Under the pieces are notes generated by a model, which made no database searches, was not told where the DNA came from, and was given only the letters and a program-made list of their open reading frames with translations. A stretch of DNA of 64,000 nt, from NCBI GenBank assembly GCA_002189035.1, contig NEEC01000007.1:3038001-3102000 (forward strand). The letters are read 5' to 3'. This DNA comes from Utricularia gibba (lineage: Eukaryota; Plantae; Magnoliophyta). How positions within the stretch are numbered: position 1 is the stretch's first letter; each line of letters starts with the position of its first letter. This document shows positions 52,545 through 64,000 of the stretch, one piece after another. The position numbers and the translations under genes were made by a program.

Positions 52545-53700
52545 TATTTAATGGGTAATGTCCAAACCCCTCTAAATATCGATTAATGATAATAAGCAAC
52601 GTTCATACCTCTATGGACGCCAATTAACGATGATAAGCAATACTCGGACTTCTTTGAAAATAGTTTAGTAATAATAAATAACGTTCATATCCTTCCAGGT
52701 ACTGATAGATGATATTAAGTAATATCTATACCTATTTGAGCATTAATTAGTGATAATAAATAGCGCTCAAGATGCCATTTAGTGCTAATAAGCAATGTCC
52801 ACACTCTTATAGTGCCAATTAGTGATAATAAGCAATGCCACAGCCATTCTTAATATTGACTAGTGAAAAATACACAATGTCCATACCCTTTTGGATGTTG
52901 ATTGGCGATAATAAACAACATTCAAACCCTAAAAGACATCCTTTAGTGATAATAAGCAGGAGAAATATGAACATCATTTAGGGCATAGTTTGCATCATTT
53001 ATTTTATAACTTCTACTTAATTCATAAGTAGAAGTTATTGGATAAGTAGAATCCAAATAAGTAGTTGTGGTCTATACAACCTATCATTTATTCATAAAGA
53101 AACAAATATATTTCAATTTCGTTCATATTTGATGTATTGGAAGTGAATGTATTTGTTTGAATAAGTTGATGACTTATTTTGATAAGTAAGATAAATGTAA
53201 CTTATAAAATAATTTGAGTTTTAAGTAGAAATGTCGACAAATTTAAAATAAGTAAAAGTTAAGTATAAGTTTGAGTAGAAGTTATAAATAAGTAAAAGTT
53301 AAGTATAAGTTTGAGTAGAAGTTATAAATAAGTAAAAGTTAAGTATAAGTTTGAGTAGAAGCTACATAAATAATTTTAACTTTTACTTAAAGTTATAAGT
53401 TGAAAAATAAGTAATGCATATTACATCTTTAATGATGAGTGTATTATAAGAGTGAGTAATGTATTTTGAATATGTGGAAAATAGTCAATCCACATGTAAA
53501 AATTTGTTCTTAATATGTGAGAAAGAAAAAGTAAATGATCATTTTTGTAACAAAGTCATAAGCAATATCGAGATCGCTCTTAATGTTGCCTAATGATAAT
53601 AAGCAGTGCTCAAATCCTATTTGGTGTTGCCTAATGATAATGAAGAGCACCTACACCTCATGTGGATGTTATATGATGATAGTGAGTAACATTCACGATG
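52545..53700. repeat. 41-bp degenerate minisatellite (~11 + ~4 units) split by a ~600-bp insertion
   Basis: The core TAGTGATAATAAGCAATGTCCA-like motif recurs with AA(T/C)GT(C/T)C landmarks at 52557, 52598, 52639, 52680, 52721, 52762, 52794, 52834, 52876, 52917 and 52958, then at 53564, 53605, 53646 and 53688. Confidence 0.8.
52981..53430. mobile_element. MITE-like AT-rich insertion containing a near-perfect 40-bp tandem repeat (~2.85 copies, 53247-53361)
   Basis: ATAAGTAAAAGTTAAGTATAAGTTTGAGTAGAAGTTATAA is repeated. Imperfect inverted ends: TGCATCATTTATTTTATAACTT at ~52998-53019 and the reverse complement of ~53398-53419. Confidence 0.5.
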
Positions 53701-56700
53701 ATTTCAGAAATTTTGTTAATTTTATTTTTAAAATTAAAAATATTCTTCTTGTTTGGATAATAAGCAGAATTTAGATGATTAACAATGTCCAAATTGTTTT
53801 TTCAATATTATAAAAGGCAATTCAACAATAACGATTTCATAACTTATTTCAAATAATTATTGGATCTTTTAAATTAATACCCATTGTTCGGATCATATGA
53901 ATTACAAGATACATCATTTGAAAACATGATCTCATATATAATAAATGTTGATTAAATATAAAATATATGATATAATCCAATTTATAATTTTAATTTAACA
54001 ACAACATGTTAAATTGAATAACTTAACACCACCATTCTATCATTCAAGTGTGGGTTTTCATAACTTATAAATATATTGGTTGTATTCTCATGAATTTTTT
54101 ATTCTTCCATCTACTTTCATCTTATTCAAAATTGAATCCTAGTCTTTGTATCCTAGCATATGAATTCGAGGGGAATCATTGACAAAATATTTTATTTAGG
54201 TAATATTATTAAATATTCTGACAATTACAGAGTTTATAATATTTATTATAAACTTTTTTGAATATGAATTTTTCGGGATGTGATGCCATACTTAAATGAC
54301 GGTTTAATTTTAATCTTGAATAAAATAAGAAAATTATTCTCATACCTCTAAAAACACAGAAATTCATATTAAAATCATAATTTTCATAGCAAAACAGATA
54401 TATTTTCTCAACTAAACCAACTAACAATTATATGTTATCAACTACACTTACACAGTATCAAAATTATTAAGCTTATTATCTAAAACTTATTTAGAATAAT
54501 TATTTGGGTGCTGCTTATTATAGAAAATTATGTTGAATACAACTTAGTATTACTAGCTCATGGGGGACTGGGTGGTGATGATTTGCATTAAGCGATGTTC
54601 ATAAATACTTGTCTAAATTATTTTTAATTTTGAAGAGTAATGCAATTTCAGTATAATAAAGAAGATAAATATTCGTTTGAAAATGTTATTACATGACTCG
54701 AAATCTAGATTAATAATATTTACGAACTTATTTTGCATAACTAATGAGTTTTAGATCAATGTATAATATATCATTTAATTACGTAATTGTGACATCACTC
54801 TTCCCGTTACTTCATTAATCAAAAGATTGTATATTCACCTTTTGTGATTGTAACACATTTGAGAATTTAATAATACATGTTAAATATTTTATATCACTTT
54901 ATATAATGTTTATGCAGTGAAAACGAAAAATAATAAAATTATTATCGATTTTAAAAATATATGTTAAAAATAAATACATTATTTCATAAAATATAATTTC
55001 ATGTCAATGTATTTTATGAAATATCAAATTTCGTGTAAATAGCTAAATGAAGAATGAGCAATTTGCAAAAGACATATTTCAAATTAACCCAAAGATGAGG
55101 AGGTGGGGGGTCGGAAGGGAAATAAGATTAAAAGGGAGGGGGGAATCTTTAATAAAAAAACAACCGTCTGAGGGAGCAGTAGTACTAAAACGATGGATGA
55201 GGGAAAGCAACAGGAGCGTGGCTGATTGGGGAGCCAATCAGGTGCAGCGGCAGCGTACTGTACCTACAGCGTAGACGCGCCAGGCCACGCCACACTCGGA
55301 TCATGAGCTGGAGGCCACGATGCGCAAACAAAGTGAACTTACCGGATTTCATATACATTGCCAAGGTCACTTTAAAAAAGTGGTGGGGAGGTGAAATATA
55401 GGAGGAGGAGGAGGAGGAGCAAGACAACAAGGGTAAGGGATCATCAGACGGTTGAGGGGGGCACAGCACCGCACTGCACTCCAGGACCAGATGAGATTTT
55501 GGTTGCTGCAGTAATTGTTCTCCCGAAAAAATAAGGATCTAGCTGATGGTAATTGTTCTTTGGAGCTTTGCAACGTCTTGGTGAGGTTAGCGACACCAGA
55601 GCAGAAAGAGGACAACGACCTAAACCCCACCCATATTCACCTCTTTTCGAAAAGAGCAGTCACACTCAACGGAAACTGCATTTGCAAGGTGGAGATGCTC
55701 TGCATGACCAGAAAAGCAAGACCCAGATGCCCATTTCTGTATATTTGATTCTGGGAGGCTCCCCGCATTGCTGCTGCTGGTAAATTGATTGACTGTGGGT
55801 TGTGTCAAGGCAGCATTTCTGGTACATTTGATTTGCTTTTTCTGGAGGGAATTGGCGGAGGAGTGTTTGCTTGAGGGCTTGGGGGTGGGACTTTTGTGGC
55901 TACGTTGGTTTTCGCGTTTCCTCCTCCCCACACAGCCCACCGGAGCGAAGCGGTGTGATTTTGCGATTCATCTTTTCTTCAAGGAAAAAAAAAAAAAACT
56001 TTTCTCTCTCCTGCTCCACTACAACATTTATTTCTTTGCTTCTCTATCTATTTCTCTTCTATCCCAGTTTTTGTGTCGGCTTGCATCCAGTTGCCTACGT
56101 TCTCTGCTCTGGGTTTTGACTTCTGGCCTTCTTTTTTTCTCGTTTCCTTGCCAGCTTAGCATTAGCTGTTGTGGGTGTCTGAATCATTCCTTCTTCGGTG
56201 AGAAATGATGGCTTCCTGTTATATTTCAATAGCGTTTCAGACATCTTCTTTATTTGGTCTGCGTGCTCACGGTTGATGCTAATTTCGTATCTAGTTTGTG
56301 CGTGTTTCAGGTAACTTTTTTGTTGTAAATCTTGATAGGGAGTGTAAATGACCGAGCCTTCTCACCTTTCATTGTGATGGCTTTTAAGCGGGAATGTCGT
56401 ATTCGCAGTGGTGTGATTGATTGATTCTGGTGGTCTATGCTTTTCACAGAGCAATCGCCTATTGTTTTATTGACGTAGTTGCTGGGTGATGACAAGCAAA
56501 ATAAAATCATCATCTTTAATGGGAGATTTGACTTGGGATCTTGCATTTGTATCTTCCTATTGTCTGCCTATCTCTGAAATGTGCTCAGCAAAAATGTAAT
56601 CTGGGTTTGTGGCATATAGTGATTGTGCCGCTATTATCTGGTCAGCGCATTCTTCTGTGATTGCCCGTGACCTGATTCTGCTCATTGTCATTCATTTCAG

Positions 56701-56709
56701 TAGCTTCCA

Positions 56710-59700
56710 ATGGATAAAAGGAGTTGGCCCTGGAAGAAGAAGTCCTCTGACAAGCAACCCGCGTCTGCTGCTCCGGTGATCGATTCAGATAATCAGGCTG
56801 ACAAGGTTTGTTCACAGAATCATGTTATCTGGTGTTGCTAAGTTTTCTTGGATTCTGGTTTTGTTTACCTGTTGTGCTGTTCAGAGGCACTGTGTGTGTA
56901 CGTAGATTAGATCACTTTTAAATGTTTTAGAACAGCAAAAGGTTCATCTGTAGATAACCACTACAATCAATGAAGATTGCTGATGGTGTTTTGCAGCCAG
57001 TGAAAGAAGAGAAAAAGCCAAAGCATGTTCAAATTTCTGTGGAATCATATGCCCATCTTACTGGGCTGGAGGATCAAGTCAAGAACTATGAGGATCAAGT
57101 GCAGGCCTTGGAGGATGAAATAAAGGAACTGAATGAAAGGTTAGCCGAAGCTGATTTGGAACTAACAAACAAAGATGCACTGGTCAAGCAGCACACAAAG
57201 GTTGCTGAAGAAGCTGTCTCAGGTTAGAAATTGCTGTTTCCTGCAGTCCTTCAGATGTTGGAACATTTTTTTTTTTTTTTGTATCTGGGGTTCCAACAGA
57301 ATTGTCACTTGTGGTTCAGGTTGGGAAAAGGCGGATGCCGAGGCTGCTGCACTGAAAGATCATCTGGAGTCAGTCACACTGCTAAAACTCAGTGCAGAAG
57401 ATCGAGCATCGCATCTTGATGGTGCGCTAAAGGAGTGCATGAAGCAGATACGAGTTTTGAAGGAAGAACATGAACAGAAATTGCAAGAGGTTGCTGTTAC
57501 CAAAGCGAAGCAATTTGATAAAATGAAGCTGGAACTTGAAGGAAAACTGTTCAACTTGGACCAGGAACTGCACAGGGCTGCTGCTGAAAATGCTGCTGTT
57601 TCAAGGTCTTTGCAAGAACGGTCCAACATGGTCATCCAACTGAGTGAGGAAAAATCGCAATGTGAGGCTCAGATAGAGCGTTTGAAGAGCAACGTTGAGG
57701 CATGTGAAAGGGAAGCAAATTCCCTCAAATATGAACTCCACATTGCGAGAAAAGAGGCTGAAATTCGCAATGAAGAAAGGAATATGAGCGTGCGCTCAGC
57801 TGAAGTAGCAAACAAGCAACATCTTGAAGCAGTGAAGAAAATTGCTAAACTTGAAGCTGAGTGTCAAAGATTACGTGGTCTTGTTCGTAAAAAGTTACCT
57901 GGTCCTGCAGCATTAGCTCAAATGAAGATTGAAGTTGAAAACTTGGGCCGGGATCATGGAGAATCTCATTTGAGGAGATCCCCTGGCAGGCGGTCCTCAT
58001 TTTCACAATTACCGGACTTCTCTGTTGAGACTTCATTGAAGTATATCAAAGAGAATGAGTTACTCACTGAACGCCTCATGTCAATGGAGGAAGAGACAAG
58101 GGTGCTTAAAGAAGCTTTGGCTAAGCGTAACAGTGAATTGCAAACTGCTAGGAGTATCTACACTGTGACAGCAAGCAAGCTTCAAAGTCTGGAAGCAGAG
58201 CTTGGAATGAATGGTGAACGTGGCAGTCTTCTGAAATCAACTCATAGTCAAAATGAAGTTTTCTCCACCAAGAAAGCTAATAATCTGGTAAGCTTGCCAT
58301 GTCCTTCCGAAGAGGGTGCTGAGGATAGTCTAAGCAGTGCTGGTTCATGGTCTACCGGAATTTTATCGGAGATATCAGCTGTCAAGAGGGATAGGCATGT
58401 TTGCACTAGTCCTGGAAAGTCTGACAATGCCAAGAATTTGGACCTTATGGATGATTTCCTGGAGATGGAGAAGTTAGCATATTCTACACATGAATCGAAT
58501 GGAACAGTTTCAGATGCAGATATCCCAGACAACAGAACTAATGCTGGAGCAAATCTTGCTGGATCCATTGAGGTTGCCCTCACTTGTAACCCACAACTTC
58601 ACGAACAGGGTGATGTGAAGCATCGCGAACTTCCCATGGAAAACATCACTGTAGCTGTCTCTCGATTGCTAGCAGATCCCCACATCCTTGTGGAACTACA
58701 ATCCTTAATTGCCATGGTGCTTCAGTCCTCCACCAATGACAGTGATAAGGGAGTTGTGGAAAATGTCCAGCGTCTTATCCAGGGTATGCATGATTGCTTG
58801 CTTCGTGGAACAGAGAAGTTTGCTAGGGATGCCAACAGCTCCTGTGTCACTATAAAGGACACGATTGTTCTCCGTGATCCCATAAAGACAACTGAAGCAG
58901 AACTTAAGTCTGCTGTTGCTCGGATTTGTGAATTTGCCGTGGTCCTTGGTAGAGAAGCTAAGCTGATTCCTGATGGCACTCCTAATGGAGATCAGCTAAG
59001 TGCAAATATTGATATGATCTCTACCAAGTACCTGGACATCGTGGGCAATGATATCAATCCAGCTGAGTTCGTTATTGACATTTCTAATGTGTTTTCAGAG
59101 GCAAGTAAACTGCACTTGAATGTCTTGGGATCTAAGAGGTCTGAATCTGAAACTAGCAGCTCAGACTGTATTGACAAGATCGCCCTACCAGAGAGCAAGG
59201 GAATGGTGGATTCTACTGAAGAGCGGTACCCGAATATAAGAAGTGGCAAATTTTCTGATACTTGTTCTGATCCTGATGTTCCAAACGACGGTAGTCTTTT
59301 TCCAACCTCGGAAGCTTCAGTTTCACCATGGAAGTGTTCAATGGAAGAATTTGAGGAATTGAAAATGGAGAAAGATAGGCTAGTGGCTGATCTTGCAAGA
59401 TGCATGGAGGACTTTGAAAGCACCAAATCGCAGCTAAAAGATACAGAGCACCTTGTGGCCGAAGTTAAGACACAGCTGTCATCATCTCTCAAGTCCAACA
59501 GTTTGGCTGATACACAGCTAAAGTGCATGGCAGAGTCATACAAATCACTTGAATCACGATCGGAGGAGTTACAAATTGAAGTCAACCGCCTTCAAGGAAG
59601 AATCGAAAGCCTGGAGAATGAGCTAAATGAAGTGAGAAGAAATCATCAGGAAGCACTCAACAGATGCAAAGATCTTCAAGAGCAGCTGGAGAGGTATGAC

Positions 59701-60442
59701 CCTTTTTTGGGCTTATCTTTTTCTTTTCAAATAAGTTATTTCAACTGGGTTTCATGTGTTCAAAAGCTACTAGACGTTATACTAACAGGGGTGACTTATA
59801 CCTTCCATTTCATGCTTCATGTCCACACTCAAGCTTGTTAAAAGTTCTATTGTTGTAATCCTTGTCAGGGTAGCTGACTCTGCAGCAGCTGATGTTGATG
59901 AAAACACTTGTCAGGTAAACTGTTCAGCTTTTCAAACTCCACTGAATATTGGGAAACAAGCAGAAAACTGCTGTAATTGAGCTTCCTTCATATGTTATTC
60001 AACTGCTATCATTTTTGTCACTCATCAGGAGAAAGAGTTGGCTGCTGCTGCTGAAAAGCTAGCCGAATGTCAAGAAACCATATATCTCCTCGGCAAGCAA
60101 CTGAAATCCCTCCGCAGCCAACCCGAAACTGCGGGTTCCCTAAACACCGGAAGAAATCTCAGAGTTGAAACAAATGATGAAGCCTCATATGCAAATGGGT
60201 CGAATTTGCATGATGCGGATTCTTATGGTGTTGAATCAGGGAGCTTCTTGCAGTTCCACAAACCTGGATTGGAATCCCCACCGTTGGATCCATCAAACGC
60301 CTCCTTAAGCCCTGATTTACGATCACCTGCGGGGTCTAATCATCCTCACAAGTCGAGCCCGTCTGCGACAACACCGGAGAAATACCCTCGTGGGTTCAGC
60401 CGATTCTTTTCCTCGTCATCGAAAGCAAAGTTCAGCCAGTAG
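56710..60442 (+). CDS. FPP: Filament-like plant protein (FPP/DUF869 family, FPP4/TCS1-like clade), 5 coding exons, with a long 5'-UTR intron
   Basis: MDKRSWPWKKKSSDK, VKQHTKVAEEAVSGWEKADAEA, EDRASHLDGALKECM, KIAKLEAECQRLRGLVRKKLPGPAALAQMK, LMDDFLEMEKLA, AAAAEKLAECQETIYLLGKQLKSLR. Confidence 0.93.
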
Positions 60443-60888
60443 TGAACTCAAGATGTGCTACTGTGCCGGAGCAGGTGCCCGAGATGATCTCTGAAGTTTT
60501 TTCATGCACATGAAGAGCCGACGCCACGCCATAGATGCATGGGGGAGTAGCTTTTTGACATGAAAGGATGAGCAGATCTTCAGTTTGCGTCGCACCTGGT
60601 GTGCTGGACGGATGCCGCCGTCGCCGTATCCCTGTGTCCATGCCCTCCTCTTTCTGTTGGTGTGATTGTGAACACCCGAATATTTAAAATTGTTTATTGT
60701 TTTATTTGTGATTCAAAATTCTTCATTTTATATATTTATGTAATTGATTACAATATTAAAAATAAAACACCACTCGAGTGGTGGGTTGTGGGGATTACAC
60801 CCAAATTCATTTAGGTTGTATTTAGAAGTGTTTGTGTTTTAGAAAAAATCATTTTAAATGTGATTTTATTATCGAATGGCGATGGCGA

Positions 60889-61146
60889 TCAAGGAATCGG
60901 GTAAACGACGAGCTCCCCCTGAGCCTGGTTGGTTTCCAGATGAGCGAAGGCTTCATCAACCTCGTGAAAAGAGAATGGCCCCCTTGCCCTGTATTTCAAG
61001 CAACACCCGCACACGACGTCGAATTTGTGGAGGAGGTGTTCGCGGTGATCGATGGCTAAATCAGCTCTCGGGCTTCGGATAAAATCCAACTCTCTCGAGC
61101 TCCCTGTTGCAGCAACCTGTGAAGCTCCGTACACTTCCTTCCCCGT
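60889..61146 (-). pseudogene. Internally deleted 3' fragment of an alkenal/one oxidoreductase (AOR / 2-methylene-furan-3-one reductase, MDR family)
   Basis: After a pyrimidine tract and CAG acceptor (61149-61147): KEVYGASQVAATGSSRELDFIRS..ADLAID...KFDVV, then directly GPFSFHEVDEAFAHLETNQAQGELVVYPIP*. The usual ~55-aa middle section is absent. Confidence 0.8.
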
Positions 61147-61187
61147 CTGAAGTACAAGTAAAAGAGAGTTTTTTTCTTTTTTTTTTC

Positions 61188-64000
61188 TATTGAAGCCTTT
61201 CAAAGAATATATATAGTAATATAGTCGCAACCATTATTTATAGACAACATATAATGACTACTTCCTATTTTAAACCAACTGTTGCCTTGGTTCTCATAAG
61301 CCTTATTGGACTTGTCACCTTGGGCCTTTGTTTATTGATCTTATTGCTTAAGGGCTCTACAAATAGGCCTACTTCTCCTTTAGAGTTTATCAATTGGTTC
61401 CAACAATGGTTCTTCGTCAATCAACAACTTTGTGAGTTGAAGTAGATGGCAAGTATCAATATTCAACACTCCATGTGATGCTTCCCCTCTAATCTAACTT
61501 CTAGGCCTCCTGAATCACTTGCCCCTTGGTAAGTTTTGAGTCCCATTTTAGAGCGGTGTTCATTGAAGGGATGTGGATACAAAAGCTTCATCAGCGAGTC
61601 TACAACTTGTTTCTCGACAGTACGTAGGTAAGCTATATTACTTTCTCAATAATATAATATTACATGGAATTTTATTTAATTGTGTTTCGTTCTCTCAAAA
61701 GTAATTGGGTTTCTCTTCATGCTAATTGCTGATTTGTTGTCCACAAAAATTCATAGGTTTTGCTAATTTGATCCCTAAATCTTCCATTATTTTTTTGATC
61801 CACACAACTTTATTTCTGGTAACAACAATTGTCATATATTCCGCTTCGACCGTTGACTGTGTAGTTACCTCCTTTTTTTTTTCTTTTGCCAAGAGACGGC
61901 TTAAGAACCTATCTTGAATATGAAGCTGATCGTTGATCTCATGTCAATGTCTGAATTTGCATAATCACTATCGCAAAATCCTTGGATTTTGAGGTTAGTA
62001 CCTTTATGATAGCTCATTGAGTTATTAAGATATTTTAAGACATGTCTACCACAATTTAGATGTCCAATGTTAGGACTTTTAAATCCAATTCACACCAATC
62101 ACCTTTATGTCCTCTAGTTTTTCTACTAGAGTCCAAGTTTTATTTTTGTAGATTGTGCTAAGCTCCTCCTCCATTGCCTTTCTCTAGTCCGAATGAGCAT
62201 ATGTCGAGCTCATTGAGTTTGGCTCATATATCATTGAACGTGTTTTATAATAATCTTGTAAATTTCTCCTTTTTCTGGTTGAAGTATAACTATAGGTTTC
62301 CCCTAAACTTGAGCTTATATTTTCATTTTCATTCTTTTCTTGGTTTGTAGAAGACAATAGATCATGAGTGTTATTATTTTCTTGAGTATTCTTGAACCTT
62401 CCACAATTTTTAGATCTCGCACAAACTGCTCATCTACAATTCTAAAAATTCTCCATAGGTTGATCCAAAGGTGTATGCTGGATTGTGGAGTGACATAGGT
62501 GCTCATAGAGGAGGATAAAATCATATTTTGGCTTTGATCTGGTTGAGGGAACAATGCATCCAGAGGTACTGATTTGCTTTGAGAAATTAATTCTCGGTCT
62601 ATGTCCCAATTCTAGTGTAGAATGTCATCCACAAGAACATCCCTTGAGAGTTGTATTATACTAGTTTTTAGATTCCATACTCGATATGCCTTTGACTTGT
62701 CAGTGTATCCCATTATCACCCGTGTTTTTGCCTCTTTTTGCAATTTATTTTACTGTTCAACAGGAACGTGGAAATAGAAGACACTGCCAAATATCTGAAG
62801 ATGATTAAAGGATGGCTCACACCCAAACCATTTTGTGAAATGTATCTCTTGCTTCTCATTACACATGTAAGTGCTCTGTTGAACAGGTAGATTGAAGTGT
62901 TTACTGCTTTTGCCCAAAAACAAGGTGGAACATCCATTTCAAATAGTAGACAGCGAGCCATCTCCATAATTATCCGATTTCTTTTTTCATATATCCTTTT
63001 TTGCTCTGGCATATACGAGATAATGAACTAATGAACAATGCCAGCTTCCTCACATGTAGGTTCCAGCTCATGTGGGGTACATTCTCCCCCATTATCCATT
63101 CTTAGGTATTTAATCTTCAATTGGCTCTGATTTTCCACTTGATTTTTCTAGCTCTGGAAGATCCAGGTTATTGGGGATCTATTGCTCATGAAGAATACCC
63201 AAGCATACTTTGTGAAGTCATCGACAAGGAGCATAGAATATTTATTTCCTGCTAGAGTAAGCACGGGTAGAGGTCCATAAACGTCTCAAAGAATTAGTTC
63301 AAGCTTCTAAGTGACATTCTAGGAGGCTAAGTCAAGCGGCAACTGATGTATTTTGATCTACTAACAAACCCCACACATGGTGGATGTTCTGGAGATGGGC
63401 AATTTTAGCTTGAGAGCTTTAGCCAAAGATTGTAGGTCTAGATGGCCAAATTTCTTATGCCAGAATGACATTTCAGTATCGATAGCAAATAGATAGTGCC
63501 CTTTAGGTGATAGATTTTCTTCTTTCTTTTCTTTTTTCCACCTATTGGGTCACTTGAATTTTTTGAACAACAATGGAAACACATGGTTAGTCATAGGAAT
63601 GTGTAAAATGTTTTTACTAAATGGTGTTGAAATGATGCAGGCTTCATGATCAAACAACATTGTATAATGCTTCTCCAGCAACACTTGAGGTACATAGTAG
63701 GCTTCTTTTATGGTAAACATAGTTGAGGCTGTTGATATGCACATATATCTAACACCTTGTATTTGAATTTCTTTGCCATCTACAATAATTAGCTCTTTAT
63801 TCTTTAATGACCTATAATAGAAGAATAATGTTAGATTGTTGTATATATGATTGTTGCAACCATTTTCAATGAGCCAAAGATCTTGTGAGTTGATTGCAGT
63901 AAACATTATAGTTATGTGATTTTTCTTCAAGAGATAAAGATCAATTTTTGATTTATTTATTTCAGTTTTTAGAGATTGTTTCACAATAGCCACAAATTGA
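61188..64000 (-). mobile_element. Degenerate Ty1/copia retrotransposon with 3' LTR (61188-61468); continues beyond the window
   Basis: Protease-like LWLIENGCNNH, GAG-pre-integrase WHKKFGHL, integrase MEMARCLL...FWAKAVNTSIYLFNR, RT start KAMEEEL and RNaseH GFCDSDYAN. Most of RT is deleted. A purine tract GAGGGGAAG..GGAG precedes TGTTGAA at 61468, and the LTR end is TTCAATA at 61188. Confidence 0.88.

Noticed and set aside
52545-53700. CRISPR array interpretation of the 41-bp repeat
   Set aside because: The context is a plant nuclear genome with no cas genes. The repeat core is degenerate, and the 'spacers' are related to each other.
13035-60814. Numerous 60-220 aa ORFs antisense to or overlapping real exons (e.g. 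13130-13567, 31664-32077, 34559-35215, 58992-59585)
   Set aside because: They are shadow frames of the identified genes with no independent motifs.
1-64000. tRNA, rRNA, snRNA or U12-intron signals
   Set aside because: A manual scan found no T-loop/cloverleaf, spliceosomal snRNA signature or U12 donor at a real splice site. A covariance-model search would be needed to exclude them.

Overview
Angiosperm (probably eudicot) nuclear genomic DNA with short introns, mostly about 60-150 nt. Bases 1-9.5 kb are transposon debris: a degenerate tandem repeat, a spliced Transposase_28-like pseudogene, a truncated CRM-like Ty3/gypsy pol with its 3' LTR, a solo-LTR candidate and a copia-type LTR. Bases 10.4-43.9 kb are gene-dense: a minimal SEC14/CRAL-TRIO gene, bifunctional nuclease BBD, GAUT1, AATF/BFR2, kinesin-7, a MUSTACHES-like LRR-RLK, a CGI-58/ABHD5 hydrolase, a group-I bZIP, a PPR-DYW gene and DQD/SDH. 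Bases 44-56 kb are intergenic, with a decayed PIF/Harbinger element, MITE-like foldbacks, a 41-bp minisatellite and a GC-rich non-coding island. The window ends with a filament-like plant protein (FPP) gene, an orphan alkenal/one-oxidoreductase fragment and a degenerate Ty1/copia. Three conserved genes (BBD, LRR-RLK, DQD/SDH) each carry a single-base deficit in a homopolymer, most likely a sequencing or assembly artefact. I found no convincing new multi-gene system. The most unusual items are the stripped-down SEC14, the in-frame deleted oxidoreductase fragment next to a copia LTR, and the core-plus-variable 41-bp array. All family assignments are from recalled motifs; no database search was run.
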